From Candidatus Bathyarchaeota archaeon (GTDB taxonomy: Archaea > Thermoproteota > Bathyarchaeia > TCS64): 64,000 bases of DNA. Each line of letters opens with the position of its first letter. Within the stretch, counting starts at the first letter, position 1. Location of the stretch: contig JBDRQD010000015.1 of NCBI GenBank assembly GCA_043826455.1, forward strand, positions 233,353-297,352, in the 5' to 3' direction. Position numbers and translations under genes: made by a program. Below are positions 53,706 to 63,559 of the stretch, in pieces. Under the pieces are notes generated by a model that was not told the DNA's origin, did no database searches, and saw nothing but the letters and a program-made list of their open reading frames with translations.

Positions 53706-54962
53706 ATGAAAGCCACGCAGGAACTCAGGAGCTTCTACAGCGGGCTGTCCAAGGACCTGAAGGTCATCTTCGCCAGGTCCAGCATAGCTAACTTCGCGTA
53801 CAACATCAACCCCTACAACAGCATATTCATAGTCGCCCTGGGTGCTAGTGGCACCCAGCTTGGCCTCCTCACCAGCCTCAGCCTGGGGCTAACAGCTGTC
53901 GCAGCCATGCTCACCGGGTGGCTCTCCGACAGACTCAACAGGAAGCACATGTTCCTCATGGGCGCCTTCATCGGGGCGCTGGTCCCCCTCACATACTTCA
54001 CGGCGGGCGGCCTCTACTGGCTCGTACCCGCCTTCGTCTTCGCCGGCTTCGCCGAGGGCATCATCTCTCCGGCGTGGACAGCCATGTACGCCAACAGCAT
54101 CAAGAACAAGCAGAGGGGCACCGTCTACGGTCTGGCCAACGTGTTCATCCTGACGCCCATGCTCTTCGCGGGCCTCGTAGGCGGCCAGATAGTCAGCGTG
54201 AGCGGAGGCCTAAATGTGCCCGGCATCCGCCCCGTGTACCTGGTTCAGGCCGTCCTCCTGGTCTCCGCTCTACTCATTGTCTGGAGGTTCCTCGGGGACA
54301 GGAACCCTACGCAGCCCAAGCGGAAGCTGAACCTAAGAACCATGGTGGACGACTACGGTAACGTCCTGGGCCGGAAAGGGGTAAGGTCATGGGTGGGGAT
54401 GAAGAGCCTGGGCAGCCTCAGCATCGGCCTCGCCGGCCCCTTCTGGATGCTGTACGCCGCCACGGTCCACGGGGCATCCGCCATGGGCATCGCCTACATG
54501 GTCACCGCCCGCAGCCTCACCAACATACTGTCATCGCCGGCCGCGGGCAGGCTCACCGACACTGTGGGCAGGAAGAAGATGATCATAGGTGGCCGAGTCA
54601 TCATGTATGTTGCCACCGCCATCTTCCTGCTGCTGGGCGGGCAGGAGGCCTTCCTCATAGCAGCCTGGGTCCTCATGGGCCTCAGCGACGCCACAGGCGT
54701 GGCCTGGCAGGCCGAGGAGGCCGAGCTGGTGAACCACAACCAGAGGGCCAGGATGACCGCCATGAGCGTCGCCGCCTTCAACCTCCTGGCCGTCCCAGCC
54801 AGCATCCTGGGCGGATGGCTGTGGGACAGCGTCAGCAAGGTGGCCCCCTTCATAGTCATGGCCGCCGTGGACGGCCTCGTCAGGATGCCCATCATATACC
54901 TCTACGTGCCGGAGGGGAAGAACATACAGCACGAGGCCGAGCCGGACGAGGCCTGCATCTAA
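53706..54962 (+). CDS. MFS transporter
   Basis: GWLSDRLNRK; GRLTDTVGRK. Confidence 0.92.
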   Translation: MKATQELRSFYSGLSKDLKVIFARSSIANFAYNINPYNSIFIVALGASGTQLGLLTSLSLGLTAVAAMLTGWLSDRLNRKHMFLMGAFIGALVPLTYFTAGGLYWLVPAFVFAGFAEGIISPAWTAMYANSIKNKQRGTVYGLANVFILTPMLFAGLVGGQIVSVSGGLNVPGIRPVYLVQAVLLVSALLIVWRFLGDRNPTQPKRKLNLRTMVDDYGNVLGRKGVRSWVGMKSLGSLSIGLAGPFWMLYAATVHGASAMGIAYMVTARSLTNILSSPAAGRLTDTVGRKKMIIGGRVIMYVATAIFLLLGGQEAFLIAAWVLMGLSDATGVAWQAEEAELVNHNQRARMTAMSVAAFNLLAVPASILGGWLWDSVSKVAPFIVMAAVDGLVRMPIIYLYVPEGKNIQHEAEPDEACI

Positions 54963-55010
54963 CCCAAAACCCTATTCCCTCCACCGCTCAATTACAGCTG
55001 AGAGCCCTTG

Positions 55011-55835
55011 ATGGAGTACCATGAGATAGCCCCCGGGGTGGAGATCCCCGTCCTGGGCCTGGGCACATGGGGGATGGGCGGCCGACAGATCGAGGACCAC
55101 CGATGGGACGAAGAGCACATAACAGCCATCAGGATGGCCATAGAGCTGGGCCTCACCCACATAGACACAGCCGAGTACTACGGGGCTGGCCACGCGGAGG
55201 AGCTGGTGGGGGAGGCCGCGGAGCCCTACGAGCGGAGCAGCCTCTTCATCACCACCAAGGTGTGGAGAACCAACCTGAGAAGCAAGGACTTCCTGAACAG
55301 CGTGAAGCGGAGCCTCAGGAGGCTCAACATGGACTACGTGGACCTCCTCCTAGTCCACTGGCCCAACCCGGAGATACCCCTGAGGGAGACCATGGCGGCC
55401 CTGGAGCACTGCGCCAAGGAGGGCTACATCAGGCACATAGGCGTCAGCAACTTCAGCTGGGAGCTTATGCTGGAGGCCCAGGGATACCTCAGGGACAGCC
55501 ACCTGGTGGCCAACCAGGTGGAGTACAGCCTAGTGGACCAGAAGCCCAAGGTCAGCCTCCTGCCCTACATGCAGCAGGAGGGCGCCACCCTCATCGCCTA
55601 CAGCCCCCTGGGAAAGGGAGCCCTGTCCAGGCCCGGGAACAGGGTCCTGGACGAGGTGGCGGAGCGGTACAAGAAGACTCAGACCCAGGTAGCCCTCAAC
55701 TGGCTGATAACCCAATGCAACGTGGTGGCCATCCCCAAGTCCAGCAACCCCGTGCATCTATTGGACATAATGGGTGCGGTCGGCTGGAGGCTTAACCTGG
55801 AAGACGCCCTGACGCTGGCCGACGCCTTCATCTAG
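55011..55835 (+). CDS. Aldo/keto reductase
   Basis: LGLGTW, IDTAEYYG, TKVW, LVHWP, IGVSNF, AYSPLG, IPKS. Confidence 0.95.
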   Translation: MEYHEIAPGVEIPVLGLGTWGMGGRQIEDHRWDEEHITAIRMAIELGLTHIDTAEYYGAGHAEELVGEAAEPYERSSLFITTKVWRTNLRSKDFLNSVKRSLRRLNMDYVDLLLVHWPNPEIPLRETMAALEHCAKEGYIRHIGVSNFSWELMLEAQGYLRDSHLVANQVEYSLVDQKPKVSLLPYMQQEGATLIAYSPLGKGALSRPGNRVLDEVAERYKKTQTQVALNWLITQCNVVAIPKSSNPVHLLDIMGAVGWRLNLEDALTLADAFI

Positions 55836-57922
55836 GTGCCGCGGGAGCTCCGCCGGCGATAGGTGGAGGTCTCCTTAGCGGGCTCCCCCGTATCTTCACC
55901 GTTAACATCCTCAGACGCCTCCTCTTCCTTCACGGCACTCTTCCCGTTCTTGAGGACGCCCTTTATGAGCCCCGTCTTGACCCCCACCCCGGCCACTGTG
56001 GCAACCACCAGGCCGGCTGGAAGATAGACGAGAGGAGGCTGCGTGAACTCAGCAGCCTTGAGCATGACGATCTCAGGGATGGTCAGGGGCACGACCTCGA
56101 AGCTTATCAGAGCACCCTGCGAGGCCTCACTGTAACCCGTGGATAGGGTCTGGGGCAGTATCTCCCAGGCGCCCAGAGAGTCGGTGGTGATGGTGGTGGT
56201 GAAGGTGCCGCTGCCGCTGGTGGTGAGGCTCTCCACGAGGCTGGTGGTGGGAGACACTATCACCAGGTTCACAGGTATCCCGCCCATGGCGGGGGAGACT
56301 GACCCCGATATGGTCAAAGGCTGCGTCTCCTTTCCGGGGTTTATGCTGAGGCTGCACGTGACCGTCAGCGCCTGCTTGGTGACCGTGAACTCCTGAGGAA
56401 TGGACGAGGCCGGGTGGTTGACGGCGTCACCCAGGTACAGCAGGGTGGCCGTGTAGGAGCCCGCCGCCGGAGGCTTGTATGTGTACTCTACGCGGCCCAC
56501 CGTGTCAACCTTGACAGTGATGTCCTTAGACTGTCCGCCGCCCTGCACCCTGAGGACGTGGTCCCTGTTGGCCAGGTTGGAGACACAGTAGAATGTGAGG
56601 GACTCGCCGCCGCTGAGGCTTATCCTGTTGAGGCTGAGCTCGGGGGTGACGCGGTCCTTCGTCTCATAGGAGCCGCTGGCTTGGCCCTGGTTCTCTATCT
56701 GGTCCTTGGCGTAGACCCGGTACTTCACCATCTTGTTGAGTAACTGTTTGGGTATGTTGCCGTAGTAGACGTCGCCGTCCTTCTGCATGTCTACCGTGCT
56801 CTGGGTCACCCAGTCGTTGGTGGTGTAGTTGATCCAGACGCTGTCCAGGGGGTTGTAGGCGATGACCTTGGCCTCTATCCTGGTGTTCCTGTCAGTGTAG
56901 CCCAGCACTTTGGGGTCAACAAGGGTCACAGTGGGGTTTCTGGAGTCTGTCTTCAGGTAGAACTGGATGGTTCCCTGGTCGTACTCGGCCATTAGCACCA
57001 GGTAGTAGAACACGGTCCTGTCATCGAGCACAAGCTCCGTCTCGTTGTGGAGGGGGGCGCCGAAGGTGACCCTCATGTCGTAGCCGTTGCGCTCGCAGCT
57101 GGCCGTCCACTGGGGAAACCTGAACTTCTCGTACTTGTAGTTGTAGCCACCGTAGCTGCCTGAGGGTGCCTCGCTGGTTAGCAAGTCGCCTGTCGGGACC
57201 CCTATGCCTCTGATGTAGTAGCCCACCTGGGCGGCGGGGTGTGCCATGGGGTATACTCTGGCCTCGTACATGTCCAGACTATCGGGGACGTTGACGAAGA
57301 GCTCAAAGTCCTCGGATGCGGTGTCGAACTCGAAGGTGTGGTAAGCCTTTGATGTGTACTGGTCGTTGGGGTTGTACTTACCTATGAGTTCCAGGGTGTA
57401 TCTCCTGTTCATCTCGATGTGCTGGATGACCATGAAGACGGCGGGGTCTGCGCCTCCGCTGTCCTTGGGGTCGTTGATGATCCTGAAGGTGTAGTCCCCT
57501 GTCTCAGGGGGTAGAAAGTACTGGTTCTTGGCGTCGTTGCCCACCTGCTCGGGGAGGCCGGCTGACTCCGTGTGCCTTGACATTATCCCGTTCTTGTTGT
57601 AGACCCAGATGTCGTAGTCCGTGGCGTCCGTCTCGTTGGATATCCAGCCACCCACCAGGAATATGTGGTACTTGTTACCGGCCTCAAGCTTGTATGTGAG
57701 GTCGAGAGACCTTGGCCGGGTCTGATCGAGAGGGATCTCGTTCTCGGCTATGATCCTCGGCTCATAGATGACGTACCTGTACTCACAGTACGCAGGTTGA
57801 AGCGCTGTGAACAGGACCTGAGTGACAATTATTGCTGTCAACAGGACTAGGGAGTACTTAAGCAGCCTCTTACCTGAGGCGGTTTGCGCCTCTACGGCAT
57901 CACCAATTTTAATTTTTCTCAT
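55832..57922 (-). CDS. Large cell-surface protein with beta-sandwich/Ig-like domains and C-terminal TM anchor
   Basis: N-terminal hydrophobic signal; Thr/Ser/Tyr-rich beta domains; C-terminal TM plus charged tail. Confidence 0.78.
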   Translation of the reverse strand: MRKIKIGDAVEAQTASGKRLLKYSLVLLTAIIVTQVLFTALQPAYCEYRYVIYEPRIIAENEIPLDQTRPRSLDLTYKLEAGNKYHIFLVGGWISNETDATDYDIWVYNKNGIMSRHTESAGLPEQVGNDAKNQYFLPPETGDYTFRIINDPKDSGGADPAVFMVIQHIEMNRRYTLELIGKYNPNDQYTSKAYHTFEFDTASEDFELFVNVPDSLDMYEARVYPMAHPAAQVGYYIRGIGVPTGDLLTSEAPSGSYGGYNYKYEKFRFPQWTASCERNGYDMRVTFGAPLHNETELVLDDRTVFYYLVLMAEYDQGTIQFYLKTDSRNPTVTLVDPKVLGYTDRNTRIEAKVIAYNPLDSVWINYTTNDWVTQSTVDMQKDGDVYYGNIPKQLLNKMVKYRVYAKDQIENQGQASGSYETKDRVTPELSLNRISLSGGESLTFYCVSNLANRDHVLRVQGGGQSKDITVKVDTVGRVEYTYKPPAAGSYTATLLYLGDAVNHPASSIPQEFTVTKQALTVTCSLSINPGKETQPLTISGSVSPAMGGIPVNLVIVSPTTSLVESLTTSGSGTFTTTITTDSLGAWEILPQTLSTGYSEASQGALISFEVVPLTIPEIVMLKAAEFTQPPLVYLPAGLVVATVAGVGVKTGLIKGVLKNGKSAVKEEEASEDVNGEDTGEPAKETSTYRRRSSRGT

Positions 57923-58150
57923 ATTCTCCCCGTATCCACTACTTCATCCCATGTGAACTGGATACTTACCGGTAACTGGGTCACAGTTATTCTTTGATCC
58001 GTTCATTGAGATTCCTTAAGGCGTGCTTTAACAGAGCTCCAATTAATAAAGGGATTATGAAGTAGCCGTCTGTTTTTACATTCTTGTTCAAGCTGGGGCA
58101 TAACCGCCATCGACATGAATAAAAGGTGTGAATACATGATTCATAGGGCT

Positions 58151-58891
58151 TTAAGCGTAGACCCATAACACTGATGGGCCGTTGGGCCAATTCATCATTA
58201 AGTCTTCCTCGTCGTGTATTATAGTAGACCCTCTTTTAACAACAACCCTAAACTCGCCATTCCCGTAGTTTGAGATATCAAAGGGCTTGAACGCTGAGCC
58301 TCCTATCTTCCACACCTGGGCCCAGTCCTTCTGGACCCAATTGGGGTCCTCCCACTTGGATAGATATATTTTGAACACCACACCTGAGTCTGAAACCACT
58401 ACATTGATCATCTTGGACTCGACGACCCAGCCGTCTGTGCCATATTCCAACAACCCTGAGCCGCACTCGAAAATGTTCCCGCGTTCTGTCGTAACTCTGA
58501 CATCGAATGTGTCTCCAGGTTGAGGATCTACATCATATTGACCTATCTCGACTTCCTCTAAAGGATTTAAGGTCACTGAAATAGGTTCAGGAACATTGTT
58601 TATCCAGACCCTAACCATTTTAACGCTTAATGCACACTCGTTCTTTACTCTCACAGTTATATACTCTGATGTCTCTCCGTTTGGATAGGCGTAAACAAGT
58701 ATACTCTCTCTGGATCGATCCTCATCTAGTATTGTTGCTTCATGTTTTCTTTGCTCAAAAATTGTGTCAGCTTGGTTCATTACCAGATACATAGGTATAA
58801 CTGCCGTGAACAGAATCCCTATGAAAATTAGGGTGCCAAAGATAGATGCTGAACCTTCCCTTCCTCTAAGTGTAGTAAGTGTAATATGCAC
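58151..58891 (-). CDS. Minor type IV pilin-like protein
   Basis: Class III-like signal RGREG/SASIFGTLIFIGILF; RVWIN and VTTERGNIF motifs; GTG 58891 preferred. Confidence 0.72.
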   Translation of the reverse strand: MHITLTTLRGREGSASIFGTLIFIGILFTAVIPMYLVMNQADTIFEQRKHEATILDEDRSRESILVYAYPNGETSEYITVRVKNECALSVKMVRVWINNVPEPISVTLNPLEEVEIGQYDVDPQPGDTFDVRVTTERGNIFECGSGLLEYGTDGWVVESKMINVVVSDSGVVFKIYLSKWEDPNWVQKDWAQVWKIGGSAFKPFDISNYGNGEFRVVVKRGSTIIHDEEDLMMNWPNGPSVLWVYA

Positions 58892-59300
58892 TGTTTCCCC
58901 TCCCACTATAAACTTTTACAGTTACTTCGTTGTCCACGCCAAGGGCACTATTCATTGTGACCTCTACATATCCTATATCTCCATTCATAATCTCCTTATC
59001 CCAGTACTGGCCAGCGTTACCTGTGTTCACAGTGACGTATATATCTATGATAATATCGACATCGCCATAATTATACACCCAAATATAGACCTTCAAATTG
59101 TCTGAGCTATGGCTCATATACTCAACAGTAAATCTCTCAGTGATCTCGTCCACTAGGCTGAGTGTCCCGTTAACATAGTTATTGGCTATCACCGTCGTGG
59201 CTCCAACCGAGTATGACCATATTGCACCTCCTACTGCTAAGACAACGCCTGATAGTATGATAGCTGATACGACATCTGACAAGGCCGCTCTTTTCCTCAT
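58866..59300 (-). CDS. Type IV pilin-like protein
   Basis: MRKRAA/LSDVVSAIIL class III signal; VYNYG, VYSGRGN. Confidence 0.8.
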   Translation of the reverse strand: MRKRAALSDVVSAIILSGVVLAVGGAIWSYSVGATTVIANNYVNGTLSLVDEITERFTVEYMSHSSDNLKVYIWVYNYGDVDIIIDIYVTVNTGNAGQYWDKEIMNGDIGYVEVTMNSALGVDNEVTVKVYSGRGNSAYYTYYT

Positions 59301-61081
59301 ATTAATCCTCCTCCCATGCCCATGTTAGAGATCAACCAGATCCCCCCCAGTGACACCAAGCTCAGGAGTATCGAGTGCTTGAAGCCTGCAGACACTCTCC
59401 CGGCGGTGATTTTTCCGGTTACCAGGCCGAGTGTGAACGAGTGTATGGCCAACGGCGTCAGCAGGGTTTTGAACAACATTATGGTAGGTACGCTGATCCC
59501 GAGGTTTGAGCCTGTGAAAAATCCCAGGAACATCACCGTTGTTCCTGTGAGTAGGGCTGCTCCGATGTATGGCACTATCACCAGGGGCATCAGCACGGCC
59601 CTCTTCTCGGCTTCTAACTGCTTCGTGGACTCCGAGAACTCGGCCAGGCTCTCTACGCTTCTCTCCGTTCCTCCGCCCACCTCTATGGTGTCGATGAGCA
59701 GGTAGATGTTCACCAGCGCGATCCAGTTCTTCACCTTGGAGGCGAACTCGTCGTATATCTGCCTAAGAGGATAGCCCCAGTTAATCTTGGTGCTGATGTT
59801 TCTCAGATGCCTGCTGAAAACCTTATAGTCTCTTCGGCTCAGGGCCTCGATGCTCCTCTCGGGGCTCAGGCCGCTCTTCCTCACTTCAACCAGGTCTCTG
59901 AGAAACTGGGTTACCCCATCCAGTATCTTGGCGTCCCGCCCAGCCGTCAAGTAGTCGGCTACACAGGCCGGGATGGATACGAAGATGAGGGTAAACGTTA
60001 CACCTATCGCGGCCTCCGTGCCCTCAGAGCAGTTAAGGATGACCCTGAACCATCTCATAAGCTCAGGAAGAGCCCGGATTATTGTGAACTTGTCATCGAA
60101 GAAGGGTAGCACCGTCTGGGATGCCAGGAATAGCGCGAATGGAATGGTGCCCAAGAACACGTAGTAGGGCTTCCAATTTGATATGGGGTAGTTGAACTGG
60201 GTTGCGTCCCCCGCGAATATGAAGACTACTGAGATGAAGGGCATCACGATAAAGCTGAAGAAGAAGAACTGCTCCGGACTAATGCTGGCACCTGCTGTGG
60301 GGAGGCTCATGCCTACTACGAATACGAGGAAGAGGCCCAGGACCCCCAGGATGCCTATGATGGTGTAGGCCTCCATCAGCATGGCTGCGCTCTCACCTTT
60401 GGCCTTCACCTTGGTTGTCAGTCCCCTGAACATGCTGTGAGTCTGGTTGAACAGGTAGTGGAGGGTGTCGCCCCCCGTCCTGACGCTTGACGCGTAGCCC
60501 AGCAGCAACTCATTATAATCCTTCAGGTTTACCTCCTTTCCAGCCTGCTCCATCGCTGAGACCGGGTCGGCACCCGTTGACATTACTATGGTTTGGATTC
60601 TTGAGACCTCGTCCTGCATGTTGGGTAGCAAGTTCATCTTCCGCATCCTCAGGAAGCTCTCGAAGGGAGACAGGCCGCCGCTCACCATGACACTAATGTA
60701 CATGGAGGCGTAGGGTATCTCGATCTGCAGGTTGGACATTCTACTGCTGGAAATCATCTTGGGAATGATGAACCCGAAGGCTATCACCAGCAGGGGGGCC
60801 ACCAGGCTAGCCGGTATTAGCACCAACCCATTCATGGGCAAGGCGGGGTTTCCTTTCCAGACCCCTGTGACGAAGAGAAGTGATAATCCTATTGGGATCG
60901 ATAACGAGACGACCGAAAGGAACCCCACTATGCTGAAGTAGACCTCGGGGTGGATCTTCATGTTGGCTGAGTCCATGTCTGAGCCGATGCTCTTGAAGAT
61001 GGAGGCGTACACGCTCCCCATCCAACCGAAGTAGGCGAAGCAAAAGTCCCTGAACGACTCCTTGAGCTTGACCTGGATTAT
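59297..61081 (-). CDS. Type II/IV secretion membrane platform protein (PilC/ArlJ/TadC-like, two T2SSF domains)
   Basis: SGGLSPFES and FLRDLVEVRKSGLSPE domains, multiple TM; first ATG at 61021, probable ATA start at 61081. Confidence 0.9.
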   Translation of the reverse strand: MIQVKLKESFRDFCFAYFGWMGSVYASIFKSIGSDMDSANMKIHPEVYFSIVGFLSVVSLSIPIGLSLLFVTGVWKGNPALPMNGLVLIPASLVAPLLVIAFGFIIPKMISSSRMSNLQIEIPYASMYISVMVSGGLSPFESFLRMRKMNLLPNMQDEVSRIQTIVMSTGADPVSAMEQAGKEVNLKDYNELLLGYASSVRTGGDTLHYLFNQTHSMFRGLTTKVKAKGESAAMLMEAYTIIGILGVLGLFLVFVVGMSLPTAGASISPEQFFFFSFIVMPFISVVFIFAGDATQFNYPISNWKPYYVFLGTIPFALFLASQTVLPFFDDKFTIIRALPELMRWFRVILNCSEGTEAAIGVTFTLIFVSIPACVADYLTAGRDAKILDGVTQFLRDLVEVRKSGLSPERSIEALSRRDYKVFSRHLRNISTKINWGYPLRQIYDEFASKVKNWIALVNIYLLIDTIEVGGGTERSVESLAEFSESTKQLEAEKRAVLMPLVIVPYIGAALLTGTTVMFLGFFTGSNLGISVPTIMLFKTLLTPLAIHSFTLGLVTGKITAGRVSAGFKHSILLSLVSLGGIWLISNMGMGGGLI

Positions 61082-63033
61082 GCCTCTTTCACCTCCTCAG
61101 CCTCGGCGTCGGTGAGGCTATCGAGAGGCACCTTCTCTTTCACTAGTAGCTTCGTGGCGTCGTCGGCTATCTGCCACAGCACCTTGGTCGCCAGGTCCAG
61201 CTCTGACTCATCTCCTTCGGGCTCAGGGTGTGATTTCGTATCTTTTTCGGCGAACGTCTGCTGCAGGAACCCTAACATGTCGTGGGTGAACTCGAGGCTA
61301 GGTTCAACTGTCTTTTTCTTAGGAGCTGCCTTTTCCTTCGGAGCCGCTATCACCTTGGATTCCTCTTCTGGGGCGATCTCCTTCAGGAAGGATGATGAGG
61401 CATCTTTGAGAAGCTCAATGACCTCCTTGGAGGACTCCTCATTGACGACTGCCTGGACCTCTGGCTTTACGACCAGTTTGGCTTCCTCCTTATCCTCCCG
61501 CTGCCTCTCATTATAGAACAGCACCTTCTCAGCCACATCACGCTGGGCTCTCACGCCGCTCTCCACAATGTTGTGGATGTACTGTTCCCGTTTGTCTATC
61601 TCCTCGAGAAGCTCATCCATAGACCTGCCGCTCGTGGCGGATATCTGTTGGAGGATGAAGCTGTCCTTGAACCAGGTGGAGAAGACGTCCTTCCTGGGGT
61701 CCCACCTGGCTACCTCAATATAGTTATCATGCTCCGCTATCTCGGAGACGGTCCTCACACGTCTACCGAAGCTGATGCCGTCCCTCTTCCCCGGGAGCTC
61801 AACCCTCTGAACGTAGAGGGCTATGTTCATCAGCGGGATGTAGACCTCGCTGACGTTCATAGGCGGCGACGTGAGCCTCTTCACGACGCGGTCGATGCTG
61901 TCGGCGTGCATCGTACAGAGGCCGCCGTGGCCTGTGGCTAGGGCCTGGAAAAGGACGTAGGCCTCCTCGCCTCTGATCTCACCGACGATGACGTAGTCGG
62001 GTCTGTACCTGAGGCTCACCTTGATGAGGTCGAAGAGGCTGATGCTGCCGCTTGGTCCGTCCCCGAAGTTGAAGCTTTCGCGGCTTTGGAGCTGGGTCCA
62101 GTTGGCCACAGGCGGGCTTAGCTCTGGCACCTCCTCGACAGTGACGATCTTGTCGTTCTGGCTCATGAGACTCAGCAGCGAGTTCAGCATAGTGGTCTTC
62201 CCTGAGCCGGTTCCGCCCACTATCATGAAGCTCTTCTTGTGCTCTAGGATGAGCCAGAAGTAGGCGGCAATTCGCTCACTGATGGTCCCTATCTTGATGA
62301 GATCCACTACGCTGTAGGGCTCGGCTCTAAACTTCCTGATGCAGAAGGTGCTGCCCTTCATGCTCACCTCCTTCATGAAGGTGGCCGCAAGCCTGTGTTT
62401 CTCGGGCAGCATGGCGTCCAGCAGGGGCTGGGCGCTGCTGATGTGCTTGGAGCCCCTGTGGGCCATCTTCACTAGGAAGTCGTTGAGGGACTGCTCGCTG
62501 GTGAAGGTGATGTTGGTGGGTATGCTCTCGTAGCGGCGGTGCCATACGTAGACTGGCATGTCTACTCCGTTGCAGCTTATGTCCTCGATGTCGGGGTCCC
62601 CCATTATGGCTTGGAGGGGCCCGTACCCGATGAGGTCCCGTACCACGTAGTAGAAGACCTGGTCCCACTGCTCCATGGAGAACTTGCCCAGGCTCCTGTG
62701 GTACTTCTCGGCGATGATCTCCGCTTGCTCAAAGACGTAGTCCTTGGGGTCGACGTGCTCCTCTGTGGGGGACTCGAACTCCTTGCTCAGTATTCGTACG
62801 ATCTTCTCGTAGGTCTCGTACTGCTCGGGGGACAGCGGGGCCTCTTCTACGTAGTAGTGGAGTCCCTCACCCAGCTCGGGTGAGGATAGAATCTTGATCT
62901 TGGAGTTCGGTTCCTCTATAAAGTAATCAGTTATTATCTCGTACTCGGGCTTAGCCTCAAGAATGTTAACACCTTTATCAACCTTGACGCGGTCCTCAGG
63001 GACCTTTTTCTTGAACCTACTTAGTATTTCCAA
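61078..63033 (-). CDS. Type II/IV secretion ATPase (PilB/ArlI/VirB11-like) with charged C-terminal extension
   Basis: DPDIEDISCNG, GGTGSGKTT, LRYRPDYVIVGEIRGEE, TGHGGLCTMHA. Confidence 0.95.
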   Translation of the reverse strand: MEILSRFKKKVPEDRVKVDKGVNILEAKPEYEIITDYFIEEPNSKIKILSSPELGEGLHYYVEEAPLSPEQYETYEKIVRILSKEFESPTEEHVDPKDYVFEQAEIIAEKYHRSLGKFSMEQWDQVFYYVVRDLIGYGPLQAIMGDPDIEDISCNGVDMPVYVWHRRYESIPTNITFTSEQSLNDFLVKMAHRGSKHISSAQPLLDAMLPEKHRLAATFMKEVSMKGSTFCIRKFRAEPYSVVDLIKIGTISERIAAYFWLILEHKKSFMIVGGTGSGKTTMLNSLLSLMSQNDKIVTVEEVPELSPPVANWTQLQSRESFNFGDGPSGSISLFDLIKVSLRYRPDYVIVGEIRGEEAYVLFQALATGHGGLCTMHADSIDRVVKRLTSPPMNVSEVYIPLMNIALYVQRVELPGKRDGISFGRRVRTVSEIAEHDNYIEVARWDPRKDVFSTWFKDSFILQQISATSGRSMDELLEEIDKREQYIHNIVESGVRAQRDVAEKVLFYNERQREDKEEAKLVVKPEVQAVVNEESSKEVIELLKDASSSFLKEIAPEEESKVIAAPKEKAAPKKKTVEPSLEFTHDMLGFLQQTFAEKDTKSHPEPEGDESELDLATKVLWQIADDATKLLVKEKVPLDSLTDAEAEEVKEA

Positions 63034-63082
63034 GGCTAAGCCTCCTGAAAATTAAAAGAAGAGAAGGGGGGGTTCGACAGGC

Positions 63083-63559
63083 TTATGGTAGTTTAACCAG
63101 TTTGATGTAGTCCATGCCACCAGCGCTGTGAGCTCTTAAGTTTACGGTCGTACCGGAGCTTAGTGTCCCATAGTTTAAGCCAATCCATACAGTAACATCA
63201 TTGTTATCTCCAGGTGTCAATGACCAAGCTGTTACTGTCGTGAGATCGGTTGTGATTGTAGCTACTGCAGCTACAGGAGCGATCGAGTCTGGCGTTGCTT
63301 CCGCTTCGTTCACGTATACTCCAGTTATAGTACAGGTAGCAGTGCCTGAGTTTTTCAGTGTAAGAACGACTGCCCAATTACCGAAGGCGTCAGTTGAGCA
63401 TTCCCAGCTTCTAATTTCTATGTTTTCGAACTGTGTGTACTGGCTGCTGATGCCTCCCATCCAGTAGCTTACGCCGACTGCGACGGTGATGGCGACTGCC
63501 ACCAGAATAACTGTTGCTATCACTGGGCTAATGGCTTTTCTCTCTCTCATGAAGGTCAT
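63083..63559 (-). CDS. Archaeal type IV major pilin
   Basis: RERKA/ISPVIATVILVAVAITVAV class III signal; LKNSG...VYVN; SD GGAGGT. Confidence 0.9.
   Translation of the reverse strand: MTFMRERKAISPVIATVILVAVAITVAVGVSYWMGGISSQYTQFENIEIRSWECSTDAFGNWAVVLTLKNSGTATCTITGVYVNEAEATPDSIAPVAAVATITTDLTTVTAWSLTPGDNNDVTVWIGLNYGTLSSGTTVNLRAHSAGGMDYIKLVKLP

Noticed and set aside
58151..63559. Archaellum operon
   Set aside because: No ArlH (KaiC-like) gene, no clear ArlF/G or chemotaxis genes; the filament subunits look like pilins.
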